A stretch of DNA of 64,000 nucleotides, taken from positions 1-64,000 of the forward strand of contig LVLI01000143.1 of the NCBI GenBank assembly GCA_001687465.1, in the 5' to 3' direction. Of this stretch, positions 21,276 to 34,219 are shown piece by piece. Position 1 is the first letter of the stretch. Each line of letters begins with the position of its first letter. The notes under the pieces are model-generated. The model was not told the DNA's origin, searched no databases, and was given only the letters and a program-made list of their open reading frames with translations. Both the position numbers and the translations under genes were made by a program. Origin of the DNA: Halocafeteria seosinensis. Its lineage: Eukaryota.

Positions 21276-24024
21276 ATGGTACGACCCACAAAGCGTAGAT
21301 CATCGTTGGTCACGACGCTAATGTTGATGGGGGCTATCTTCATTGTTTCTCGTCCTCGCTTGATATCTGGTGGCTACTCTCATTGTGGCACTCTTGCGTA
21401 TGGATTCCCTACACTTCGTTGGAGAATGGCCTGGTAAGTCAACCGGGATGTAGGCTGGTCTGCTCTGCTCATTTTTATTCCATCCGGTTCGCAGCAACAA
21501 TATCCAACTTTCTCCGGTGCTAGTTGACTCGATGTGGCAAGGAAGCGAGGCCCACAGTTTGGACACTTGTGAGTGTCCAATACACGTACTTGGAGGAAAT
21601 ACTTCTACAAGAAAGGACCACTCAAGGGCGACTGTTGTGAAAGATACAGTACAATGTAAAGCCATAGAGTGGCATCATCTGGGAGCGTCTAACATTATAC
21701 CTACGAAAACTACCGCCAGTACTAGTATCCTCAGGGGATGGCCAATACTGTCGTACGAGGCAAACGCATACCTCGCGGTAAACGGAGAAAAGGACAACGT
21801 CCTTTGTCGTTGGTGTGATAATCAAGCACCAAATCCGCTTGCTGCTAGAGCTGGAAGACATGAGTCAAAGGGCGTTCCAATCATCCAGCCAACTGTCCAT
21901 TTATGTATTTCCCTACAAAATATGGTTTTATTGAGGGACCGCACGATAGCGAATGATGTGGGTCGACCCCAGAGTGGACGGAGTTGCCCCAGATCAAACC
22001 ATGCGGAGCACATGATAGAACTTGGATTGCATGACTCGGCTTCTTCCAAGGAGAATTCCTTTTTTGTTTTATTCACACTACTCATTGCATCAATCCAGGT
22101 TCTATATTGGAACGTTTCGAATGATAAGACCTTTATAAACCCTGTAGACGATACCTCGCAAGTTCCTAGCAACTCTTCGAGACAGACTCTTTGTTCTTCT
22201 CTGTTGCAATGTGAGGCCTACATGCGGACACTGGTCTCGCCAGTAGCTGAAACGAGGAGCTTGGACCCAGTGTACGCTCTGCGAACTACAATAGTAACTG
22301 CATCACTGAAGAAAGCTTTGTTAACATCAATGTTTTTCGGGTGCATCCTCTCAAGCAAGGCAGTGGTGACGGCAGCAGACTTACGCCCCAGAATTCTGAA
22401 TGGACAGGAATCCTGCTTTCATTATATTTGGGCCCACAACCAGTTTGAAATGAATTGTAGTGTGTTGACATGGGGTGGTCAGGGTTATGCGAAAGACGAC
22501 TATATTTCGTTGGATGCGAATGAGATATTTGATGGTGGTAGGCAGAATGGGCACATAATAGATTTTAGTGGGGTAACAGATTTCGAAGGATTGTTTAGGA
22601 TACTGGGAAGTGTTACATCGTTTGATCAAGCTCCCTTGATTCGGAGTCTTGATGTTAGGAATGGGGAAACTGCATGGAGAGGTGGGTTCATTGTCCAACA
22701 TGAGCAGAAGTTCTTTATCGTACATTCATGTAGCTCATCCGGAGATGTTGCTAGTTCAGCTGGTGGTATATGTGGTTATCGAAGTGGTTATGATCACGGT
22801 CAAATCAAGGTATCGAATTCGAGTGCAACAGGGAGGATACTGGGTCAATCGGCAGGTGGTATTGCAGGACTCCAGGCAGGCAGTAGGTATGGGGTTGTCG
22901 AGATAACGGATTGTTATTCCACGGGGAATATTGAAGGACAATGGGCAGGTGGTATTTGTGGAAATGCTGCTGGTCGTTTGAATGGTCAAGTGTATATAAT
23001 GCGTTCCTATTCTACAGGAGATATCATTTTTGGTGGTATTGTGAGCAGCACTGTTGGTCGAGAGAGTGGTGGTATTGTGGGTCCCGCTGCTGGTCGAATC
23101 AATGGATACGTTTATATCAAGGAATGTTATAGTATGGGACGAATATCTGCACAATATAGTGGAGGAATTAGTGGGGCCTTTACAGCACTCAACGAGGGTG
23201 AGGTACATATTGTAGATTGTTATACACGAGGAGATATTAATGGCACAGAAGCAGGAGGTATTACAGGATGGGGGACAGGAGGGGGTGCGGGGGTTAGCAA
23301 TCCAGGCGATGTATACATCAAGAATACATATGCATCAGGTGCAGTCACTGGTATGGATGCTGGTGGGATAATAGGAGGGATACATAATGAAGCAAGTGGT
23401 ACTATTGAAGTGAAAGATTCGGTATACGACGGCAATGGAGGGGCAGCGTCGATAGTAGGAGCTGATGATGGCGGTAATCTTGTAGAGACAGGAAATTCCA
23501 ACAATGTGACAGACATACATGGACAACTATATCCAGGTGGAGAATGGTCTGAGGACGTATGGACTCTAGATGTGGCAGGTGTCGTTAATGACGACGAAGA
23601 GGACAAGCTGCCGATTCTGCGCTTTCAGTTACCACCGAGTCCTCCTCCTTCACCCATGCCCACTCCATCATCTACTACGACAAGATCGGAGACTGCTTCA
23701 AGTACCTCCACACCTTCTGTCAGTGCTACTCCATCGGCATCGCAGAGCCAGACGAAGACTCCAACCACAACTGCGAGTTCCACACCGACTCCGACATCCA
23801 CCGAACCACAGACCCAAATTGCCACGGTTACACCGACATCCACTAGCTCAGCTTCATCTTCTATGCTTCCTACAATAACGGGGACTTCCTCTTCGAGCTT
23901 AGCTCCAACTCCCAGCTCCATGCCCACACTTACCGAGACCAGCAGCGCTTCGGCCACGGCAAAACCAGCTCTCAAGACCATTGTGCTACCTGCTCAAAGA
24001 TCCAAGCGCACAGTAAAGAGTTGA
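21276..24024 (+). CDS. GLUG-like Gly-rich repeat protein with Ser/Thr/Pro tail, paralog 2
   Basis: Exon 21276-21433 (MVRPTKRRSSLVTTLMLMGAIFIVSRP), a phase-2 intron 21434-21494 (GTAAGT..CGCAG), then exon 21495-24024 in frame with ORF 21517. The N-terminus is homologous to paralog 3 (MARPTQR..TLMLTGVAFIAVRP). Confidence 0.85.
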
Positions 24025-25394
24025 TATGTTAAGCATCATTGACGTTCTTTGACTTTGACTTTGCGGCCAACAGGCAACTAACGAAAATGTTCCTCAGCTC
24101 GCACTGTCTTTGAGCCAGGTGGTGGATACGACTACTACCTGCAGGAAACAATGATGCTTATCCTGGTAAGAAGGGTGACATGAGTGATAGTGTATTTGAA
24201 TACTCTCTGGACCACATTTCATCTATGCAGGTCGTCCCCAGTCTGCGACAGAGTGTTCAGCTCTTCGCTGCTAAACGAGGCCACATACTGACCCCTAGGC
24301 GGCGATCCATAACTCGGTAGATACATATTTACCATTGAGCACGATGCCACAAACTTCGTCACTTGTAGCTTTTTTCTTGATGCCGTCTTTCATCTCCCGC
24401 CGATTTCTATAGCGCGGACGACGTTATATGTTAGTCCTCCACTCCCGGAAATGTAATTACGATGATATTCGCTTTACCACTTTGCCGAGCCACGCTGATG
24501 ATCTTATTCTACAACGCAGTATGTATTATTTATGGCCTACCGGCTAAGTGGAAATGTAGTTGGGGGATCTTCACGCCGTCGAAGATCTCCCCAGGGCCCT
24601 CCTGCATTGCCTACCCCTGCGCTCACCAACACTCGGACTCTTTGTGAGTATGAGGTTCTTCACAAGTATCCTTTGAGAGCGTCTTGGGCCACGCTCCTCC
24701 GGAGTGGGCTCGCTATTCGCCACCAGGCCTTCTTCTTCCGCAATTGTCTCGTCAGTCTCTCCCGCTCCTGGTGTTGTTGCTTCTCCTCTGCTCCTAAAGT
24801 CGTGCATGTGCTTCTCAAATCCTCTTATTCTTATATTTTCCCGCGCTTTCTCCGCCTCTCGCTCACCGCCGCGAGTAAGAATGAACCGGACATGAACAAC
24901 TTAACTTGCCACCACCGCCAAAGTTCGAAAGTGATTCTAATCCTCTCAGACTGACTACGACTTCTTACTCTCCGACGGCGTCTAAAATTCCTTCGGTTTG
25001 CCTCTCCTAAAATTCCCGAAGTGAAAGTTTGGTGGCGGTCCCGCCGATTATTGTTGGGAACTCACCCGTCGACACGGGATAATGGGACTAAGTGAACAGT
25101 TCTATAGACTATACCCCTATACCTACGTCTTGTTAGCAGCATCACTTCAAGTCCTCAACACGCTTGAGTGTGAACTCACTGAACTGACGTTAAAACTTCA
25201 ATAACGACGCCATTGCTTGCTAGCAATGGGCAAAGGGCCACATTGATATCAGAAGTTGCAAGATGAGAGCATTGTCTACCCTTTCATGTGGTGGTGTCTG
25301 TAAAGATACTATATCAGCACTGGCAACTTCTTTGCCGTCATGTAGAGCCCGTTTGATTGAGGGTATTCGACTGATTTAGTAGCCTCAGACAACC

Positions 25395-28300
25395 ATGATA
25401 AGGCTCGATCCTAAGCTTATCCGTGCCGTGTACGATGGGTACTCTAGACATGGCTTGGTCAATAATACCGTCAAAGGGCTTACGGAGGCGCAGTTCTGCG
25501 CTGTGGTGCTGCCGTTTGAACAGGAACGCAATCCACAGAAAACCAAAGGTGTGTAAAACACGGGGAGGAAATTGCACCTCCTAGGCATGCACTACGGCAC
25601 CCGCCTTAAGTACTTCCCTTCACGTTCCTTGTTGATATTACGTGCAGAGGAAATCGCCGTGGAAATATGTGAGCTTTTCCAACGAATGGACTTCCGTGGG
25701 AAAACGCAAGTAACATGGAGCGAATTCAGCGCATATTGTGTTGAGGACAGCGCATTTAGGTTAGCGGAAATGAAGAAAGCTCCGGAGCTGCGGTATAGAT
25801 ACACAGAAAAGACTCTGCCAAAAGCTATACAAGACAATTTTCCAACAGGCCGAGTTACCGTTCTGAAGTTTTATCCGGAATTGCAACAACTGTTTGTCTG
25901 CGAGGAACGAAGCCGTGTTCTCAAGGTCTACAACTTTGAATGCAGACTTATAGCCAGGGTGCATGTTAACTTACCGGCGCTTGTCAAAGCAACAGTCAAC
26001 CATGCTGCTGGGAATCAAGTGGCGAAACTACTAGCGGGAATGCCTGCTGAAGCAATGGACGGCGTGCGCTCCCATAAAGATGATAGCAAACTCTCATTAT
26101 CGTCATTTACAAAGACTCAGCGCAGGGACATAATAATGAAACAGCAACAGCAGAATGCAATAGAATGGGCAAAGATTACGTTGAAAACGCCTCTTAGGGG
26201 AAGTGGTGGAAGAGATTCGAGAAGAGTAGCTGCACGCATCGTATTCAATGAAGCTTCCTTAAAAAACAGACCTGAAGAATTGTCTAACGATGGGCAGCTT
26301 AATATGGCGACAAGGCGCCGAAACTATCAAGATCAAGAGGACACATCCAGAGCAGCTCGAGAAGCCACGAGTGAGAATAGCGTCCCGACACTTGAAGCCA
26401 CCCAGAAGGCTTTGGAAAGAGTTCAGCATATCAGTGAAGAAAACCAAGTTAAAGGAAGATACCAGAACGAGCACGCTCTTACGAAGGAGATTATGAGAAC
26501 AAAGCAAAAAGCTCGAGTAAATCAGGTCAAGGGGCAATTGTCTCGTCAAGAGCCAGAAGGACGTTCCACTTTGTGGGAACGACGTCGCCAAAGCATCACG
26601 CAAACGCCCACACAGAAAGAAGCGGCTGCAGCGGCAGTTGCACGGAAAAACGAGCAGTTGATGAGTGAAGTGCGTTCAGAACACTCCGACAGCGATGGTG
26701 AGGAGTCGTCGGATTCGGGACCACCCGTTTTACCTCCCTTGGAGTACGCTTCTGTTACGGAGATGGGCGCAAATATATCTACGGGGGTTCCTTCGACTTT
26801 GGCAAACTTTTATGATGCAGGCCCTACAGGAAGAGTACGCGATCTCGGGAAACCGGACAGTGAAACAACTCATATTGATTCTCTCCCGTCTTATGCTCAG
26901 CCCACGCTCTCCAATTATGCGGAGTATTGTTATGCGGACACAGACTTTCTGCTGGACGTTGAGTACTGTCGGCCGAAACCTCGAACTGAGAGCAAGGGAG
27001 TTTGGTATCGGTACACTGACGACGATATCGTTCACCTGCTTGCTGTTTCTTGTAGTGACCTCACCCTTACGTTTTGGAAGACAAGAAATTTCGAGTACGC
27101 GGAACACCTCCACGTTACTGAACCTCAGCACCAACTCCTCTGGAGTGACGATGCTAACTGCCTTTTTAGCTGTAATAACACGGGCACACGGGTATTGGTG
27201 TGGGATATTCTTGGCCGAGCCCATTTAGCCTCTCTTCGTGGTCATACTATGGATATTCAGGTATGTGTACGATCCATGTTGTTCGACTCAAGGAAACGCC
27301 TCACATATCTTTGTTAACCGAAATGACAGTGCATGGTAGATATCCCTCGTTACGGAATGTTGGCTACGGCAGCATTGGACGCGAAAGTCATATTATGGAA
27401 GTACAAGGATGACAATCTGCTCCCTAAAGTTCCAACATACGCCGTAAGTTATCATCCGGGAAAAACGAGAATCCTGCACGATGGCGCACTATTTTATGCA
27501 CCTTGCAGAATACATTCCATAAGCATGAGAAAGGTATCCATAAAATGGTGTATGCAGAGTCTTCAAACCTTATGATCAGTTACAGTATACACATGGATGC
27601 AATTGTGTGGGATCCGTCGTCACTCGTATACATTATGACGATTCCCCTCCTCAATAATGATATAGTGGGTGGACGCAACGCTTATGTTATCATGATTTGA
27701 TATTAAGAAACGCTCGAATTTGTCGCAGGCCTCGATCTTGGTTCCTACGTTTCAAAAGGATATTTGCATTACAATTGACCAATCTGGAATGTTTAAAGTT
27801 TGGTACCTTGATGATCGAGCTTCCTCGACAGCAGGTTGCTTAGGTACATTTGATGTCCCCAAAATTGCGTATGATTTGAGCTCCGTAGTATTTGCCGAAC
27901 CACACAGTTATCTGATAGTGGGCGGGCGGACGCTTCACTTACTGGAGATGGAATATTGCAAATCCTCTGCTTTTTTCCCCCTCGACACCATATTTTCTCC
28001 TGTGATTGAGTCACTTGTGACCGCTGTCGGTTGTGATATTCTCGTTCATTCGGGACACACCGGTGATATCATCCGCAACTACAAAAACGTAACTGCTGAG
28101 CCTATCACCTGCATGACTTTGGACGAACGAGGGAGACAAATCGTGGTCTGCGATAGCGGTGGCCAGGTGACTTTAATTAATGTTTTGAATGGTCATACAA
28201 TTGGTGTTGCCTCTGAACCCCACCAGCGAGATGTTTCAGCTTGCACGTTTTGTGTTGGCGACTCGTGCTTTATTACATCGTCTTGGGACAGCTCGGTCCG

Positions 28301-31300
28301 TGTGTATTCCACCAAGTATGAAAATGATCTACCCTGTGTACGAGTAATAGAAAACGCCCACGCAGCGGAAATTCAGTGTATTGCCTTTTCCAAGCGACTG
28401 TGTCTAATCGCAACAGGAGCTAGTGATGGGACAATCCGGCTGTGGGACTACCTTTCACTAGAATCCGTGGGAGAGTGTATCGCCAATTCGACCCAAATCT
28501 CCAACTTGAGTTTTGCAGAGCCACAGTCAGAGTATCCTGTCCTCTTAAGCACGGATCACACCGGAGCCATATCAACATGGGCTGTCCGACCATGCCCGTT
28601 CAGAAATAGGCTTTTGATGCGGTGGTGTAACCTTGGTCCATCGGGTGGTTTTCAGCAGCCATGGACTGATATTACTTCCCCTCCTCCTGTTTGGCGTTTA
28701 TCTCCAGCTGAATCTAAAGTAAGCATTCCTGTAGGAACCATGCATACAGAAGTGAGGATGATGGGAAAACGAAATGGAGGCTCCAAGAAACAGACGTCTG
28801 AGCAGATGGACCCCGCGCTTGAGCGGAAAGAGCGAGCCACTTGTGAGTTGGAAGAAAGTGTCTTCTGGGTTATAACGGGAGATAGCCAAGGTAGAATAAC
28901 ATGGTGGGATTTGACTAAGACCATGGAGAAGTTCCCACTAGACTCTGTCAGTCCAGAAAACCAAGCTTGTCTGAAGAGCAATTATGACGCGCAAACAAAG
29001 TGCCACCGAAGATTCCCAGGAGAGTCGTCTTTAAAGCTGAGTGACTTCCTGGAGGACCCAGAATCGCCCGGGAAGGCACCGCAAAGGAAAACGTCGAACG
29101 CCTTCCGCCGAGCTTCATTGCAAGCACATTATTCTTCAATGGTTGCTCGTAAAGGCTCCAATGCCAACATAAATGACACTATCCTTTACGGGAAAGTAGA
29201 GCCAGGAGGAATGAATGTAAGTCCGGACGTGGAGCGTCAAATGAAAGTACAGACGTTCAACGGGAGACCCATTGTAACGGACAAGTATATCCCCAAAGAC
29301 CACAATTACCCACGTGCTATAGCACGGGCAACACGATACTCGAAGTCTTGGTTTAATTTTGACATATATCAAGCGGCCAAGGAAGCTGGTACACTGCGTC
29401 GACACTCCGCCTCAAGTGATAAATCGCAACCGTCGGACTCTGGTGCACTTTTAGCTCGGCGTAATAGCAGACGTAACAGTGGGGCAAAATATAAGCTAGA
29501 TCGCTCCCAAACCACCTTAGAGAACTGGGTCGCTAGTAGGACAGTAGAGGACCTTCACCCAATGGCTCAGTGGACGGCCCACTCCGATGCAATAGTGTAA
29601 GTGCAGTGGCACTAACATAACGGATTTATAGCAAAATAGTCACGTTACTCCCTTGCAAATGCAGGTCTGTCCGGCTTGTGCGTGAAGAACAGTTTGAAGG
29701 AATGCCCATTGTGATCAGCAGCTCTCAAGACTTCTCCGTTCGTATATGGACAATCTTGGGACAACCGATCGGCATCCTCATGGAGCCTGATGTCACTCCA
29801 GCCAAACAGCTAGGTGTGTAGAGCTCGGTTTCAGTAGAGTCTGTAACTTGAAGAAATCACCTTCATTGTTGACTTGGCTTACAGAATTAACACTACAGAG
29901 AGGAGACCGCAACGTGTACAGAGGCTTGACCAAACAGTATTGCCCGTGGAGATTCAACGCTACACGTAGTGACATAGAAAAGCAGAAAGCTGAGAGAGCG
30001 GAAAAATTGCTCGAAGAGGTTATTACCGAGTACCAGTCCGACCTAATAGTTTCTCCAGAAAGCGTTGAAGAATTACAGCAAAATTCAAATGGCGACGCAA
30101 AAGAATATCGAGGCCTACGCAATTCGTACACGGCCGCTCGAGAGGATGTAGCGAGCCCTCCATTCTCTCCCATGCGGACTCGTAAGTCTCGTAGCAAGAA
30201 GAAAGCAGCTGCGAAGAACCAAGATACCGGTGTATCGGGAACCTATCGCTCGCCAGCAGCAATAACGGCCGTGAATCATCTAGCTCCCCGAGAAGAGTAT
30301 CTTGAAGGAAAAGAGTCACCGTTGCCTTCCCCCCATTTCGAAGAGTCTGAGGTGGGGGTACAAAAGGAGAGTAGTGAAATAATCCACGAAAATATTGCCG
30401 ACATTACTTCAGAGTACAGCCAGTACTCGGAAAACTCATTGGTATTGGCAGACAAGTTCCAAACCAAGAAAGTGACGACTTTTCAGGAGTATGCGGAAAC
30501 CGGAAAACACCTAATCGTTCCCATGCCAGCTCTGCTCCTCGGTCGGTACAAAAACTTTGGACAGGAAGCTTTGGCAGGTGCCAAGAGGATGGCTAGTCGG
30601 AAGGACCCTGAAACACAAACTGCCTTAGCTACTTTGGAGTTCCAGCGGGAGTATGTTACGAAACCCCAGTCGAAGGACAAAGTATTGGACATGTATCGCA
30701 AGAAATCTCAGCAACAACAGAAATTGGACTTTACAACCATCTTTAAGAATCACACTCCAGTTAAACCGCAGGAAACTACAGAGAAGGAAGTATATCGACC
30801 CGAAACGCCTGCTACTCCTGAGAACTTAGCCCGGGTGAAGCAAACTATATCGAGTTTCAACGAGTGTTGCAGGAAGGAGCAAGAGCACGCTCAACGGAAG
30901 CGTGGTAACAAATATGATGAGATGAAAAAGTTCATGGAGAAACGTAAGGATGATCCTCGTTTGAGAAGAAGATTATCCTTAATAAGCCAAGAGAGACTTC
31001 AGGCTGTGGAGGAAGCTCGTAGGGCCTTCGGTTCAGCAGCAGCTACGGAAACGGAGAGGCATTACACCCCACCACGCTTCTTTGGGAGATATTCTCGTGA
31101 CGAAGTGGTGGCACTCAAGAACATGTTTGACTTAATAGATGCCAACGGGGACAAGATCGTCAATGTCGAGGAATTCCTTGACTCAGAGTTATTTAGTAAA
31201 GTCAATCCGCAAACAGCCAAGAGCTTCTTCCGCACGGTTGATTCTGACCGCAGTGGGACCATGGAATTCGAAGAGCTACTTGGTGCGGCCTTCCGCCATG

Positions 31301-31491
31301 CCTCCGGGAAAGAGATATCCGAAATGATGAAATACTTGGAGTATAGGGAAAAGCGGACGGAGCAAATGAAAGCAGAATTGATACCTGTGGGTTCTTCTCC
31401 CTCGTCGCCCGATATCACACCACGATCAGGCAGCAGAAGTGCAAGATCCTCCCGCGGGGAGCGAAAGGGCTCCAGCCGGAATGTCAAGTGA
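25395..31491 (+). CDS. EF-hand + WD40-repeat protein (WDR49/EFCAB8-like architecture) with additional C-terminal EF-hands
   Basis: Exons 25395-25548, 25648-27260, 27330-27443, 27509-27664, 27729-29596, 29665-29813 and 29885-31491. Motifs: 'ELFQRMDFRGKTQVTWSEF', WD motifs 'ITSSWDSSVRVY' and 'ATGASDGTIRLWD', EF-hands 'FDLIDANGDKIVNVEEF' and 'DSDRSGTMEFEEL'. A further upstream exon is possible. Confidence 0.88.
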
Positions 31492-31568
31492 CTGAAATAT
31501 TTAGCTGTCTATTAAATTGAATGTTACACATGGATGTCTCACCTTTCTCTTATTAACGTTAACATCAT

Positions 31569-33612
31569 TTACAAAGACATAAACTCAGCATCACCGTTCC
31601 GAGCAGCTGCGCGAGTTCGCGGTCGGCGTTTTACTCCGGTTGGTGTCGAGATAATGTTCTCCGTGTCGAGGCTGTTCAATTCTCGCAAATGCTTGCGCGA
31701 CTTTTTTCCTCCTTTAGAGTTGCGCTTTGTCGACTTGTTCGATGCCGGATCCTCGCCGCTGGTTTGCTTCTGTTGTTCCGGCTCGGCTCCTTGTTTGGCA
31801 TTCATCATTTGAACATCATCTTTTTCTTTCACTTGATCTTCTTCTTCACTCGATAACTGAATTTCTTCCTCTTCCAGTGATTTCACTGTTTCCTCAGAGT
31901 GTACCATTTCGGTTTGGTCATTCTGATCACTTTCGTCTCTCTCATTTTCATCATGGTTGTCAGCGGGAACTGTGTCGGAGGAACCTGATGATATGTTTGC
32001 TACAGCTCCATTAGTGTTTTCCTCGCTCACGTTAATGTTGCCTTGATCACTGCTAGGGAGTTGCTTGCTTTCCGATTCCAGTGCGGGCTGCATTTGTCCA
32101 TCCTCATTTCGGACTTTACTTCGGTTCTCAGAACAACTGGTGTTGGACTTCCGACCTTTACTTGGTAGTGAAGTAGCTTTGCTGCCAATTGAGTTATTTC
32201 GCGGTCCCGAAGATGAAGAAGGTCGCTTGTTGGTTACGGTACAAGCATCATCACACTTTTGCTTCTTTACTCGATCTTTATCAGCTTTGATTTGATTCCT
32301 CAAACTGGTTGATTGAGTCGGAGCCACGCCAGCAGTGTGAGGGCGCGCAGTTATGCTGGATCCCGGACGTTTGGGTTGAGTAGGCTTTCCTGTCAATGAA
32401 GGCTGACCAGTGGGCCCTTTGTCGGCATCAATAAAACGAAGAAGCGACATCCGCTTGATAGGCTGATCTTTGGCAAACACTTTTGACACAAGAGACTTTA
32501 CTTTTTCCTTTCCCATCTTCTTGACGATACGCTTCACCATAAACTTGGCACTGTCGCGAGTTTCGGGAAGACGTCCTTCAAAATAAGAACCAGCTTTTTT
32601 GATAAGCTCTTGAAGAATTGGTTCCGCCAGTGCATCAGCTGACAGGGCACTAAGCGTAGCATTGACTCCTTTCGCAGAGGCGGAAACAATCTGAGGGTGC
32701 TTATGGTTGGAGTAGCTCAAGAACTTGTTCAGTAAGTCTACACTTCCGGTTTCTGTAGTAGGAATTCGCTTTAGAATTACAGAAGAAAAGGTCAAAGTAG
32801 GTCCTTTGTGTACACTTACCTTTTCCCAACAAAATCAAGGACTCGATCGTCGCCGTGCAAATGAATTTTTTCTCCGAGCTCATTCTAGGGATAAGTCCAT
32901 CAACAATGCGATCTGCAGAGAGATGCCTTTGTATATGAAACAGAGAAAAAAATCGATGCAAATCAGCGGGAAACTGGCATACTTTGGCACTGGGGATTTT
33001 CATGCAAGAACTCCTTAGAAGTCTCGATCAGTTCCTTGATACAGAAGAGAGCATTCCTGGAAACAGCCGACCGAAGATTGTTGACCATGCTCAAGGGAAT
33101 CTGAAAAGTTTGGTCTCTGCATTTTCCTTTGAGCAATCGTCGGTGATCCGCACCTAACGTATCTTTCGTATACAGCAAAAATTCCTTACAAGTGAGGGTA
33201 AAGTCTTTCTGGCGCATAGCGGCACAGTCTCCGGATGCATACAGTAGTGTAGTGGTTTTGCGCCCAGTCTTCGGTACTGTGATTAGGTGCATCCTCAGAT
33301 GCCTGCTTCCATTGCAGTATCTGATTAAGCGCATTGTCGATATCTTGCTCCTCCGCAAAGTTTTCCAAGTTTTCGACTGGAGGCGCTTCCACTGAAGAAG
33401 AAGCCGCAGACGACTGCAAATGCAAAAAAATTAACCAGATTGAACCATTTGTATTTTATTCTATCCACGCGACTGGTACTTGGCGAAAATTACTGAAAAG
33501 TTGGCTTGAATAAGCTTCAAGAACACGCGGGGTTGCAGTTGAATTCTCCAACCGTCACTTCCCAGAGCGCGCGGGGAGGAATCCCAGTTGTACTTACCAC
33601 ACTCTCCGACAT
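31569..33612 (-). CDS. TOG/CLASP_N HEAT-domain protein with a disordered C-terminus
   Basis: Exons approximately 33612-33598 (MSESV), 33413-33190, 33116-32983, 32912-32820 and 32752-31569. Motifs 'VNNLRSAVSRNALFCIKEL', 'SEKKFICTA' and 'EGRLPETRDSAK' are typical of CLASP/TOGARAM TOG domains. Confidence 0.8.
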
Positions 33613-33892
33613 TGCGTTTTCCAAAAATGAATTGCACGTTTCGATCCACTACCAGCCAGGATTCCTTGTCGTATGGAATGGGTCCCCGACAAAAAGACAG
33701 CAGTATTTCACCCACCCTAAACGGCTGTTCAAAGTTGTTTTAAACACTTTACAGAGCTGCCACGCAGTGTGTCCAATGCGTTTCGATGCAAGCTTTCAAG
33801 TTTCAAATAGTTTTATGCTTCCCTCGTATGTTAAGCACTAAAACTGTAACAATCGTACGGAAATCAACATAATATCGTTGATTGACACTGTA

Positions 33893-33922
33893 CGCGCCAA
33901 AAAGTTAACGGGCGCGCCAAAA
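33893..33922. promoter_or_regulatory. Two tandem E2F-like sites (CGCGCCAAAA) in a divergent promoter
   Basis: GCGCCAAA at 33894-33901 and 33914-33921 is the reverse complement of TTTGGCGC, which matches the E2F consensus TTTSSCGC. Confidence 0.55.
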
Positions 33923-34219
33923 CTGCCTTCACAGAATTACGATCCCCATTCACGAAAGCAGGCGAATCCAAGGCCAACAGCTTCGATTGACCAGGTTTGT
34001 TGACTTGGATCCATTAGGGGACTATAGTGCCGCAAGTTTCAGTGGAAATCGTAGAGAGAGAACGTGTCCGTGAAGTTTGTACGTAAGAGTTCATTCCAGA
34101 CAGGACTCTTGAGAACTCAAATTTTACGCGCGCAAAGTGAACCATACCGCAGCGCCTCCCGTAGATAGAGGAAATTGCTCTTTTTGCATCTAGATAGAAC
34201 GAGTAGGCGGAAGGAAATA

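Noticed and set aside
24070..24900. Possible small spliced gene on the minus strand
   Set aside because: Splice-like signals and coding-like patches are present, but I could not build a consistent frame or recognise a product.
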